64,000 bases of DNA from Eledone cirrhosa (taxonomy: Eukaryota), in NCBI GenBank assembly GCA_964016885.1, contig OZ024742.1:162812001-162876000 (forward strand). The letters run 5' to 3'. Shown here in pieces: positions 25,101 to 38,900 of the stretch. A program made the translations under genes and the position numbers. Each line of letters begins with the position of its first letter. The stretch's first letter is position 1. The notes under the pieces are model-generated. The model was not told the DNA's origin, ran no database searches, and was given only the letters and a program-made list of their open reading frames with translations.

Positions 25101-28100
25101 TTACCTCTCCTTGGACGGCTGGAAAATATGTCTCGTTGGAGGGCTGGAAATTATCTCCCCTTGGACGGCTGGAAATTATCTCCCCTTGGACGGCTGGAAA
25201 TTATCTCTCCTTGGACGGCTAGAAATTACCTCTCCTTGGACGGCTGAAAATTATCTCTCCTTGGACGGCTGGAAATTATCTCCCCTTGGACGGCTAGATA
25301 TTACCTCCCCTTGGACGGCTGGAAATTATCTCCCCTTGATTTTTTTTACAAATTATCTCCCCCTGATTTTTTTTACAAATTATCTCCGCCTAATTTTTTT
25401 AAATATTATCTTCCCTTGGCTGGCGGGAAATTATCTCCCCTTGGACGGCTGAAAATTATCTCCCCTTGGACGGCTGGAAATTATCTCCCCTTGATTTTTT
25501 TTACAAATTATCTCCCCCTGATTTTTTTTTACAAATTATCTCCCCCTGATTTTTTTTTACAAATTATCTCCCCCTGATTTTTTTTTACAAATTATCTCGC
25601 CCTGATTTTTTTTACAAATTATCTCCCCTTGGCTGGCTGGAAATTATCTCCCCTTGGAGGCTGGAATTTATCTCCCCTTGGACGGCTAGAAATTACCTCT
25701 CCTTGGACGGCTGGAAAATATGTCCTTGGACGGCTGGATATTATCTACCCTTGGACGGCTGGAAATTATCTCCCCTTGGACGGCTGGAAATTATCTCCCC
25801 TTGGACGGCTAGATATTACCTCCCCTTGGACGGCTGGAAATTATCTCCCCTTGATTTTTTTTACAAATTATCTCCCCCTGATTTTTTTTACAAATCTAAT
25901 GATTTTTAAAAAAAAATTATCTCCCCTTCGCTGGCTGGAAATTATCTCCCGTTGGACGCTGGAAATTATAGCCCCTTGGAGGGCTGGAAATTATCTCCCC
26001 TTGGCTCGAAATTATATCCCCTTGGACGGCTAGAAATTATCTCTCTTTGGACGGCTGGAAATTATCTCCCTTTGATTTTTTTTACAAATTATCTCCCCCT
26101 GATTTTTTTTACAAATCTCCCCCTGATTTTTTAAAAAAAATTATCTCCCCTTCGCTGGCTGGAAATTATCTCCCCTTGGACACTGGAAATTATAGCCCCT
26201 TGGAGGGCTGGAAATTATCTTCCCTTGGACGGCTGGAAATTATCTCTGCTTGATTTTTTTTACAAATTATCCCCCCCGATTTTTTTTACAAATTATCTCC
26301 CCCTGATTTTTTTTACAAATTATCTCCCCTTGGACGGCTGGAAATTATCTCCCCTTGGACGGCTGGAAATTATCTCCCCTTGGACGGCTAGAAATTACCT
26401 CTCCTTGGACGACTGAAAATTATCTCCCCTTGGACGGCTGCAAATTATCTCCCCTTGATTTTTTTTACAAATTATCTCCCCTTGGACGGCTGGAAATTAC
26501 CTCCCCTTGGACGGCTGGAAATTATCTCCCCTTGGACGGCTAGAAATTACCTCTCATTGGACGGCTGAAAATTATCTCCCCTTGGACGGCTGGAAATTAT
26601 CTCCCCTTGATTTTTTTTACAAATTATCTCCCCCTGATTTTTTTTTACAAATTATCTCCCCCTGATTTTTTTTTTACAAATTATCTCCGCCTGATTTTTT
26701 TTTTAAATTATCTCTCCTTGGACGGCTGGATATTATCTCCCCTTTCATTTTTTTTACAAATTATCTCCCCCTGATTTTTTTTTACAAATTATCTCCCCCT
26801 GATTTTTTTTTACAAATTATCTACCCCTAATTTTTTTTACAAATTATCTCCCCCTGATTTTTTTTACAAATTATCTCCCCCTGATTTTTTTTTTACAAAT
26901 TATCTCCCCCTGATTTTTTTACAAATTATCTCCGCCTGATTTTTTTAAATATTATCTTCTCTTGGCTGGCGGGAAATTATCTCCCCTTGGACGGCTGAAA
27001 ATTATCTCCCCTTGGACGGCTGGAAATTATCTCCCCTTGATTTTTTTTACAAATTATCTCCCCCTGATTTTTTTTTACAAATTATCTCCCCCTGATTTTT
27101 TTTTACAAATTATCTCCCCCTGATTTTTTTTTACAAATTATCTCCCCCTGATTTTTTTTACAAATTATCTCCCCCTGATTTTTTTACAAATTATCTCCCC
27201 TTGGCTGGCTGGAAATTATCTCCCCTTGGAGGCTGGAATTTATCTCCCCTTGGACGGCTAGAAATTACCTCTCCTTGGACGGCTGGAAAATATGTCCTTG
27301 GACGGCTGGATATTATCTACCCTTGGACGGCTGGAAATTATCTCCCCTTGGACGGCTGGAAATTATCTCCCCTTGGACGGCTAGATATTACCTCCCCTTG
27401 GACGGCTGGAAATTATCTCCCCTTGATTTTTTTTACAAATTATCTCCCCCTGATTTTTTTTTACAAATTATCTCCCCCTGATTTTTTTTTACAAATTATC
27501 TACCCCTGATTTTTTTTTACAAATTATCTCCCCCTGATTTTTTTTACAAATTATCTCTCCCTGATTTTTTTTTACAAATTATCTCCCCCTGATTTTTTTT
27601 ACCAATTATCTACCCCTGATTTTTTTTTACAAATTATCTCCCCCTGATTTTTTTTACAAATTATCTCCCCCTGATTTTTTTTACAAATTATCTCCCCCTG
27701 ATTTTTTTACAAATTATCTCCCCCCGATTTTTTTTACAAATTATATCCGCATAATTTTTTTAAATATTATCTTCCCTTGGCTGGCGGGAAATTATCTCCC
27801 CTTGGACGGCTGAAACTTATCTCCCCTTGGACGGCTGGAAATTATCTCCCCTTGATTTTTTTACAAATTATCTCCCCCTGATTATTTTTTACAAATTATC
27901 TCCCCCTGATTTTTTTTTACAAATTATCTCCCTCTGATTTTTTTTACAAATTATCTCCCCTTGGCTGGCTGGAAATTATCTCCCCTTGGAGGCTGGAATT
28001 TATCTCCCCTTGGACGGTTAGAAATTACCTCTCCTTGGACTGCTGGAAAATATGTCTCCTTGGACGGCTGGAAATTATCTCCCCTTGGACGGCTGGAAAT

Positions 28101-29960
28101 TATCTCCCCTTGGACGGCTGGAAATTATCTCTCCTCGGACGACTAGAAATTACCTCTCCTTGGACAGCTGAAAATTATCTCCCCTTGGACGGCTGGAAAT
28201 TATCTCCCCTTGATTTTTTTTACAAATTATCTCCCCCTGATTTTTTTTTACAAATTATCTCCCCCTGATTTTTTTTTTACAAATTATCTCCCCCTGATAT
28301 TTTTTACAAATTATCTCCCCCTGATTTTTTTACAAATTATCTCCCCTTGGCTGGCTGGAAATTATCTCCCCTTGGAGGCTGGAATTTATCTCCCCTTGGA
28401 CGGCTAGAAATTACCTCGCCTTGGACGGCTGGAAAATATGTCTCCTTGGACGGCTGGAAATTATCTCCCCTTGGACGGCTGGAAATTATCTCCCCTTGGA
28501 CGGCTGGAAATTATCTCCCCTTGGACGGCTAGATATTACCTCCCCTTGGACGGCTGGAAATTATCTCCCCTTGATTTTTTTTACAATTTATCTCCCCCTG
28601 ATTTTTTTTACAAATTATCTCCCCCTGATTTTTTTTTACGAATTATCTCCCCCTGATTTTTTTTTACAAATTATCTCCGCCTGATTTTTTTTTAAAAATT
28701 ATCTCCCCTTGAACGGCTGGAAATTATCTCCCCTTGGACGGCTGGAAATTATCTCCCCTTGGAAATTATCTCCCCCTGGAAATTATCTCCCCTTGGACGG
28801 CTGGAAATTATCTCTCCTTGGACGGCTAGTAATTACCTCTCCTTGGACGGCTGGAAAATATGTCTCGTTGGAGGGCTGGAAATTATCTCCCCTTGGACGG
28901 CTGGAAATTATCTCCCCTTGGACGGCTGGAAATTATCTCTCCTTGGACGGCTAGTAATTACCTCTCCTTGGACGGCTGGAAAATATGTCTCGTTGGACGG
29001 CTGGAAATTATCTCCCCTTGGACGGCTGGAAATTATCTCCCCTTGGACGGCTAGATATTAGCTCCCCTTGGACGGCTGGAAATTATCTCCCCTTGATTTT
29101 TTTTACAAATTATCTCCCCCTGATTTTTTTTTACAAATTATCACCCCCTGATTTTTTTTTACAAATTATCTACCCCTGATTTTTTTTTACAAATTATCTC
29201 CCCCTGATTTTTTTTACAAATTATCTCTCCCTGATTTTTTTTTACAAATTATCTCCCCCTGATTTTTTTTTACAAATTATCTACCCCTGATTTTTTTTTA
29301 CAAATTATCTCCCCCTGATTCTTTTTACAAAAAATCTTCCCCTGATTTTTTTTACAAATTATCTCCCCCTGATTTTTTTACAAATTATCTCCCCCCGATT
29401 TTTTTTACAAATTATCTCCGCCTAATTTTTTTAAATATTATCTTCCCTTGGCTGGCGGGAAATTATCTCCCCTTGGACGGCTGAAAATTATCTCCCCTTG
29501 GACGGCTGGAAATTATCTCCCCTTGATTTTTTTACAAATTATCTCCCCCTGATTATTTTTTACAAATTATCTCCCCCTGATTTTTTTTTACAAATTATCT
29601 CCCTCTGATTTTTTTTACAAATTATCTCCCCTTGGCTGGCTGGAAATTATCTCCCCTTGGAGGCTGGAATATATCTCCCCTTGGACGGTTAGAAATTACC
29701 TCTCCTTGGACTGCTGGAAAATATGTCTCCTTGGACGGCTGGAAATTATCTCCCCTGGGACGGCTGGAAATTATCTCCCCTTGGACGGCTGGAAATTATC
29801 TCTCCTCGGACGACTAGAAATTACCTCTCCTTGGACAGCTGAAAATTATCTCCCCTTGGACGGCTGGAAATTATCTCCCCTTGATTTTTTTTACAAATTA
29901 TCTACCCCTGATTTTTTTTTACAAATTATCTCCCCCTGATTTTATTTTACAAATTATCTC
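19076..29960 (+). repeat. Near-exact duplicate of window positions 1-~10,890 (HOR family I copies d and e), super-period ~19,075 bp
   Basis: Offsets 55/19130 (19,075), 2895/21971 (19,076), 5369/24442 (19,073) and 10560/29632 (19,072). The drift is explained by visible +1, -3 and -1 indels. Confidence 0.9.
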
Positions 29961-30462
29961 CCCCTGATTTTTTTTACAAATTATCTCCCCCTGATATTTT
30001 TTACAAATTATCTCCCCCTGATTTTTTTACAAATTATCTCCCCTTGGCTGGCTGGAAATTATCTCCCCTTGGAGGCTGGAATTTATCTCCCCTTGGACGG
30101 CTAGAAATTACCTCGCCTTGGACGGCTGGAAAATATGTCTCCTTGGACGGCTGGAAATTATCTCCCCTTGGACGGCTGGAAATTATCTCCCCTTGGACGG
30201 CTGGAAATTATCTCCCCTTGGACGGCTAGATATTACCTCCCCTTGGACGGCTGGAAATTATCTCCCCTTGATTTTTTTTACAAATTATCTCCCCCTGATT
30301 TTTTTTACAAATTATCTCCCCCTGATTTTTTTACAAATTATCTCCCCCCGATTTTTTTTACAAATTATATCCGCCTAATTTTTTTAAATATTATCTTCCC
30401 TTGGCTGGCGGGAAATTATCTCCCCTTGGACGGCTGAAAATTATCTCCCCTTGGACGGCTGG

Positions 30463-33400
30463 AAATTATCTCCCCTTGATTTTTTTACAAATTATCTCCC
30501 CCTGATTATTTTTTACAAATTATCTCCCCCTGATTTTTTTTTACAAATTATCTCCCTCTGATTTTTTTTACAAATTATCTCCCCTTGGCTGGCTGGAAAT
30601 TATCTCCCCTTGGAGGCTGGAATTTATCTCCCCTTGGACGGTTAGAAATTACCTCTCCTTGGACTGCTGGAAAATATGTCTCCTTGGACGGCTGGAAATT
30701 ATCTCCCCTTGGACGGCTGGAAATTATCTCCCCTTGGACGGCTGGAAATTATCTCTCCTCGGACGACTAGAAATTACCTCTCCTTGGACAGCTGAAAATT
30801 ATCTCCCCTTGGACGGCTGGAAATTATCTCCCCTTGATTTTTTTTACAAATTATCTCCCCCTGATTTTTTTTACAAATTATCTCCCCCTGATTTTTTTTT
30901 ACAAATTATCTCCACCTGATTTTTTTTTACAAATTATCTGCCCCTGATTTTTTTAACAAATTATCTCCCCCTGATTTTTTTACAAATTATCTCCCCTTGG
31001 CTGGCTGGAAATTATCTCCCCTTGGAGGCTGGAATTTATCTCCCTTTGGACGGCTAGAAATTACCTCTCCTTGGACGGCTGGAAAATATTTCTCCTTGGA
31101 CGGCTGGATATTATCTACCCTTGGACGGGTGGAAATTATCTCCCCTTGGACGGCTGGAAATTATCTCCCCTTGGACGGCTAGATATTACCTCCCCTTGGA
31201 CGGCTGGAAATTATCTCCCCTTGATTTTTTTTACAAATTATCTCCCCCTGATTTTTTTTTACAAATTATCTCCCCCTGATTTTTTTACAAATTATCTCCC
31301 CCTGATTTTTTTTACAAATTATCTCCACCTGATTTTTTTAAATATTATCTTCTCTTGGCTGGCGGGAAATTATCTCCCCTTGGACGGCTGAAAATTATCT
31401 CCCCTTGGACGGCTGGAAATTATCTCCCCTTGATTTTTTTTACAAATTATCTCCCCCTGATTTTTTTTTACAAATTATCTCCCCCTGATTTTTTTTTACA
31501 AATTATCTCCCCCTGATTTTTTTTTACAAATTATCTCCCCCTGATTTTTTTTACAAATTATCTCCCCCTGATTTTTTTACAAATTATCTCCCCTTAGCTG
31601 GCTGGAAATTATCTCCCCTTGGAGGCTGGAATTTATCTCCCCTTGGACGGCTAGAAATTACCTCTCCTTGGACGGCTGGAAAATATGTCCTTGGACGGCT
31701 GGATATTATCTACCCTTGGACGGCTGGAAATTATCTCCCCTTGGACGGCTGGAAATTATCTCCCCTTGGACGGCTAGATATTAGCTCCCCTTGGACGGCT
31801 GGAAATTATCTACCCCTGATTTTTTTTTACAAATTATCTCCCCCTGATTTTTTTTACAAATTATCTCTCCCTGATTTTTTTTTACAAATTATCTCCCCCT
31901 GATTTTTTTTTACAAATTATCTACCCCTGATTTTTTTTTACAAATTATCTCCCCCTGATTTTTTTTACAAATTATCTCCCCCTGATTTTTTTTACAAATT
32001 ATCTCCCCCTGATTTTTTTACAAATTATCTCCCCCCGATTTTTTTTACAAATTATCTCCGCCTAATTTTTTTAAATATTATCTTCCCTTGGCTGGCGGGA
32101 AATTATCTCCCCTTTGACGGCTGAAAATTATCTCCCCTTGGACGGCTGGAAATTATCTCCCCTTGATTTTTTTACAAATTATCTCCCCCTGATTATTTTT
32201 TACAAATTATCTCCCCCTGATTTTTTTTTACAAATTATCTCCCTCTGATTTTTTTTACAAATTATCTCCCCATGGCTGGCTGGAAATTATCTCCCCTTGG
32301 AGGCTGGAATTTATCTCCCCTTGGACGGTTAGAAATTACCTCTCCTTGGACTGCTGGAAAATATGTCTCCTTGGACGGCTGGAAATTATCTCCCCTGGGA
32401 CGGCTGGAAATTATCTCCCCTTGGACGGCTGGAAATTATCTCTCCTCGGACGACTAGAAATTACCTCTCCTTGGACAGCTGAAAATTATCTCCCCTTGGA
32501 CGGCTGGAAATTATCTCCCCTTGATTTTTTTTACAAATTATCTCCCCCTGATTTTTTTTTACAAATTATCTCCCCCTGATTTTATTTTACAAATTATCTC
32601 CCCCTGATTTTTTTTACAAATTATCTCCCCCTGATATTTTTTACAAATTATCTCCCCCTGATTTTTTTACAAATTATCTCCCCTTGGCTGGCTGGAAATT
32701 ATCTCCCCTTGGAGGCTGGAATTTATCTCCCCTTGGACGGCTAGAAATTACCTCGCCTTGGACGGCTGGAAAATATGTCTCCTTGGACGGCTGGAAATTA
32801 TCTCCCCTTGGACGGCTGGAAATTATCTCCCCTTGGACGGCTGGAAATTATCTCCCCTTGGACGGCTAGATATTACCTCCCCTTGGACGGCTGGAAATTA
32901 TCTCCCCTTGGTTTTTTTACAAATTATCTCCCCCTGATTTTTTTTTACAAATTATCTCCCCCTGATTTTTTTTTACAAATTATCTCCCCCTGATTTTTTT
33001 TTACAAATTATCTCACCCTGATTTTTTTTACAAATTATCTCCCCCTGATTTTTTTACAAATTATCTCCCCTTGGCTGGCTGGAAATTATCTCCCCTTGGA
33101 GGCTGGAATTTATCTCCCCTTGGACGGCTAGAAATTACCTCTCCTTGGACGGCTGGAAAATATGTCTCCTTGGACGGCTGGATATTATCTACCCTTGGAC
33201 GGCTGGAAATTATATCCCCTTGGACGGCTGGAAATTATCTCCCCTTGGACGGCTGGAAATTATCTCCCCTTGGACGGCTGGAAATTATCTCCCCTTGGAC
33301 GGCTAGATATTACCTCCCCTTGGACGGCTGGAAATTATCTCCCCTTGATTTTTTTTACAAATTATCTCCCCCTGATTTTTTTTTACAAATTATCTCCCCC

Positions 33401-35999
33401 TGATTTTTTTTTACGAATCATCTCCCCCTGATTTTTTTTTAGAAATTATCTCCGCCTGATTTTTTTTTTAAAATTATCTCCCCTTGGACGGCTAGAAATT
33501 ACCTCTCCTTGGACGGCTGAAAATTATCTCCCCTTGGACGGCTGCAAATTATCTCCCCTTGATTTTTTAACAAATTATCTCCCCCTGATTTTTTTTTACA
33601 AATTATCTCCCCCTGATTTTTTTTTACAAATTATCTACGCCTAATTTTTTTTACAAATTATCTCCCCCTGATTTTTTTTTACAAATTATCTCCCCCTGAT
33701 TTTTTTTACAAATTATCTCCCCCTGATTTTTTTTTACAAATTATCCCCCTGATTTTTTTACAAATTATCTCCCCTCTGATTTTTTTTACAATCTCCGCCT
33801 GATTTTTTAAAAAATTATCTTCCCTTGGCTGGCGGGAAATTATCTCCCCTTGGACGGCTGGAAATTATATCCCCTTGGACGGCTGGAAATTACCTCCCCT
33901 TGGACAGCTGGAAATTATCTGCCCTTGATTTTGTTTTTACAAATTATCTCCCCCTGATTTTTTTTACAAATTATCTCCACCTGATTTTTTAAAAAATTAT
34001 CTCCCTTTGGACGGCTGGAAATTATCTCCCCTTGATTTTTTTACAAATTATCTCCCCCTGATTTTTTTTACAAATTATCTCCCCCTGATTTTTTTACAAA
34101 TTATCTCCCCCTGATTTTTTTTACAAATTATCTCCGCCTGATTTTTTTAAATATTATCTTCTCTTGGCTGGCGGGAAATTATCTCCCCTTGGACGGCTGA
34201 AAATTATCTCCCCTTGGACGGCTGGAAATTATCTCCCCTTGATTTTTTTTACAAATTATCTCCCCCTGATTTTTTTTTACAAATTATCTCCCCCTGATTT
34301 TTTTTTACAAATTATCTCCCCCTGATTTTTTTTTACAAATTATCTCCCCCTGATTTTTTTACAAATTATCTCCCCCTGATTTTTTTACAAATTATCTCCC
34401 CTTAGCTGGCTGGAAATTATCTCCCCTTGGAGGCTGGAATTTATCTCCCCTTGGACGGCTAGAAATTACCTCTCCTTGGACGGCTGGATATTATCTACCC
34501 TTGGACGGCTGGAAATTATCTCCCCTTGGACGGCTGGAAATTATCTCCCCTTGGACGGCTAGATATTAGCTCCCCTAGGACGGCTGGAAATTATCTCCCC
34601 TTGATTTTTTTTACAAATTATCTCCCCCTGATTTTTTTTTACAAATTATCACCCCCTGATTTTTTTTTACAAATTATCTACCCCTGATTTTTTTTTACAA
34701 ATTATCTCCCCCTGATTTTTTTTACAAATTATCTCTCCCTGATTTTTTTTTACAAATTATCTCCCCCTGATTTTTTTTTACAAATTATCTACCCCTGATT
34801 TTTTTTTACAAATTATCTCCCCCTGATTTTTTTTACAAATTATCTCCCCCTGATTTTTTTTACAAATTATCTCCCCCTGATTTTTTTACAAATTATCTCC
34901 CCCCGATTTTTTTTACAAATTATCTCCGCCTAATTTTTTTAAATATTATCTTCCCTTGGCTGGCGGGAAATTATCTCCCCTTGGACGGCTGAAAATTATC
35001 TCCCCTTGGACGGCTGGAAATTATCTCCCCTTGATTTTTTTACAAATTATCTCCCCCTGATTATTTTTTACAAATTATCTCCCCCTGATTTTTTTTTACA
35101 AATTATCTCCCTCTGATTTTTTTTACAAATTATCTCCCCTTGGCTGGCTGGAAATTATCTCCCCTTGGAGGCTGGAATTTATCTCCCCTTGGACGGTTAG
35201 AAATTACCTCTCCTTGGACTGCTGGAAAATATGTCTCCTTGGACGGCTGGAAATTATCTCCCCTTGGACGGCTGGAAATTATCTCCCCTTGGACAGCTGG
35301 AAATTATCTCTCCTCGGACGACTAGAAATTACCTCTCCTTGGACAGCTGAAAATTATCTCCCCTTGGACGGCTGGAAATTATCTCCCCTTGATTTTTTTT
35401 ACAAATTATCTCCCCCTGATTTTTTTTACAAATTATCTCCCCCTAATTTTTTTTTACAAATTATCTCCCCCTGATTTTTTTACAAATTATCTCCCCCTGA
35501 TTTTTTTTACAAATTATCTCCGCCTGATTTTTTTAAATATTATCTTCCCTTGGCTGGCGGGAAATTATCTCCCCTTGGACGGCTGAAAATTATCTCCCCT
35601 TGGACGGCTGGAAATTATCACCCCTTGATTTTTTTTACAAATTATCTCCCCCTGATTTTTTTTTACAAATTATCTCCCCCTGATTTTTTTTTACAAATTA
35701 TCTCCCCCTGATTTTTTTTTACAAATTATCTCACCCTGATTTTTTTTACAAATTATCTCCCCCTGATTTTTTTACAAATTATCTCCCCTTGGCTAGCTGG
35801 AAATTATCTCCCCTTGGAGGCTGGAATTTATCTCCCCTTGGACGGCTAGAAATTACCTCTCCTTGGACGGCTGGAAAATATGTCTCCTTGGACGGCTGGA
35901 TATTATCTACCCTTGGACGGCTGGAAATTATCTCCCCTTGGACGGCTGGAAATTATCTCCCCTTGGACGGCTAGATATTACCTCCCCTTGGACGGCTGG
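30463..35999 (+). repeat. HOR family II, copy 1 (5,537 bp; lacks one 23-bp monomer near 34487)
   Basis: Offsets 30585/36122, 32272/37809 and 33071/38608, all 5,537. Markers: CCATGG at 32270, ACGAATCATC at ~33413, CCTAGG at 34574. Confidence 0.85.
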
Positions 36000-38900
36000 A
36001 AATTATCTCCCCTTGATTTTTTTACAAATTATCTCCCCCTGATTATTTTTTACAAATTATCTCCCCCTGATTTTTTTTTACAAATTATCTCCCTCTGATT
36101 TTTTTTACAAATTATCTCCCCTTGGCTGGCTGGAAATTATCTCCCCTTGGAGGCTGGAATTTATCTCCCCTTGGACGGTTAGAAATTACCTCTCCTTGGA
36201 CTGCTGGAAAATATGTCTCCTTGGACGGCTGGAAATTATCTCCCCTTGGACGGCTGGAAATTATCTCCCCTTGGACGGCTGGAAATTATCTCTCTTCGGA
36301 CGACTAGAAATTACCTCTCCTTGGACAGCTGAAAATTATCTCCCCTTGGACGGCTGGAAATTATCTCCCCTTGATTTTTTTTACAAATTATCTCCCCCTG
36401 ATTTTTTTTACAAATTATCTCCCCCTGATTTTTTTTTACAAATTATCTCCACCTGATTTTTTTTTACAAATTATCTGCCCCTGATTTTTTTAACAAATTA
36501 TCTCCCCCTGATTTTTTTACAAATTATCTCCCCTTGGCTGGCTGGAAATTATCTCCCCTTGGAGGCTGGAATTTATCTCCCTTTGGACGGCTAGAAATTA
36601 CCTCTCCTTGGACGGCTGGAAAATATTTCTCCTTGGACGGCTGGATATTATCTACCCTTGGACGGGTGGAAATTATCTCCCCTTGGACGGCTGGAAATTA
36701 TCTCCCCTTGGACGGCTAGATATTACCTCCCCTTGGACGGCTGGAAATTATCTCCCCTTGATTTTTTTTACAAATTATCTCCCCCTGATTTTTTTTTACA
36801 AATTATCTCCCCCTGATTTTTTTACAAATTATCTCCCCCTGATTTTTTTTACAAATTATCTCCACCTGATTTTTTTAAATATTATCTTCTCTTGGCTGGC
36901 GGGAAATTATCTCCCCTTGGACGGCTGAAAATTATCTCCCCTTGGACGGCTGGAAATTATCTCCCCTTGATTTTTTTTACAAATTATCTCCCCCTGATTT
37001 TTTTTTACAAATTATCTCCCCCTGATTTTTTTTTACAAATTATCTCCCCCTGATTTTTTTTTACAAATTATCTCCCCCTGATTTTTTTTACAAATTATCT
37101 CCCCCTGATTTTTTTACAAATTATCTCCCCTTAGCTGGCTGGAAATTATCTCCCCTTGGAGGCTGGAATTTATCTCCCCTTGGACGGCTAGAAATTACCT
37201 CTCCTTGGACGGCTGGAAAATATGTCCTTGGACGGCTGGATATTATCTACCCTTGGACGGCTGGAAATTATCTCCCCTTGGACGGCTGGAAATTATCTCC
37301 CCTTGGACGGCTAGATATTAGCTCCCCTTGGACGGCTGGAAATTATCTACCCCTGATTTTTTTTTACAAATTATCTCCCCCTGATTTTTTTTACAAATTA
37401 TCTCTCCCTGATTTTTTTTTACAAATTATCTCCCCCTGATTTTTTTTTACAAATTATCTACCCCTGATTTTTTTTTACAAATTATCTCCCCCTGATTTTT
37501 TTTACAAATTATCTCCCCCTGATTTTTTTTACAAATTATCTCCCCCTGATTTTTTTACAAATTATCTCCCCCCGATTTTTTTTACAAATTATCTCCGCCT
37601 AATTTTTTTAAATATTATCTTCCCTTGGCTGGCGGGAAATTATCTCCCCTTGGACGGCTGAAAATTATCTCCCCTTGGACGGCTGGAAATTATTTCCCCT
37701 TGATTTTTTTACAAATTATCTCCCCCTGATTATTTTTTACAAATTATCTCCCCCTGATTTTTTTTTACAAATTATCTCCCTCTGATTTTTTTTACAAATT
37801 ATCTCCCCATGGCTGGCTGGAAATTATCTCCCCTTGGAGGCTGGAATTTATCTCCCCTTGGACGGTTAGAAATTACCTCTCCTTGGACTGCTGGAAAATA
37901 TGTCTCCTTGGACGGCTGGAAATTATCTCCCCTGGGACGGCTGGAAATTATCTCCCCTTGGACGGCTGGAAATTATCTCTCCTCGGACGACTAGAAATTA
38001 CCTCTCCTTGGACAGCTGAAAATTATCTCCCCTTGGACGGCTGGAAATTATCTCCCCTTGATTTTTTTTACAAATTATCTCCCCCTGATTTTTTTTTACA
38101 AATTATCTCCCCCTGATTTTATTTTACAAATTATCTCCCCCTGATTTTTTTTACAAATTATCTCCCCCTGATATTTTTTACAAATTATCTCCCCCTGATT
38201 TTTTTACAAATTATCTCCCCTTGGCTGGCTGGAAATTATCTCCCCTTGGAGGCTGGAATTTATCTCCCCTTGGACGGCTAGAAATTACCTCGCCTTGGAC
38301 GGCTGGAAAATATGTCTCCTTGGACGGCTGGAAATTATCTCCCCTTGGACGGCTGGAAATTATCTCCCCTTGGACGGCTGGAAATTATCTCCCCTTGGAC
38401 GGCTAGATATTACCTCCCCTTGGACGGCTGGAAATTATCTCCCCTTGGTTTTTTTACAAATTATCTCCCCCTGATTTTTTTTTACAAATTATCTCCCCCT
38501 GATTTTTTTTTACAAATTATCTCCCCCTGATTTTTTTTTACAAATTATCTCACCCTGATTTTTTTTACAAATTATCTCCCCCTGATTTTTTTACAAATTA
38601 TCTCCCCTTGGCTGGCTGGAAATTATCTCCCCTTGGAGGCTGGAATTTATCTCCCCTTGGACGGCTAGAAATTACCTCTCCTTGGACGGCTGGAAAATAT
38701 GTCTCCTTGGACGGCTGGATATTATCTACCCTTGGACGGCTGGAAATTATATCCCCTTGGACGGCTGGAAATTATCTCCCCTTGGACGGCTGGAAATTAT
38801 CTCCCCTTGGACGGCTGGAAATTATCTCCCCTTGGACGGCTAGATATTACCTCCCCTTGGACGGCTGGAAATTATCTCCCCTTGATTTTTTTTACAAATT

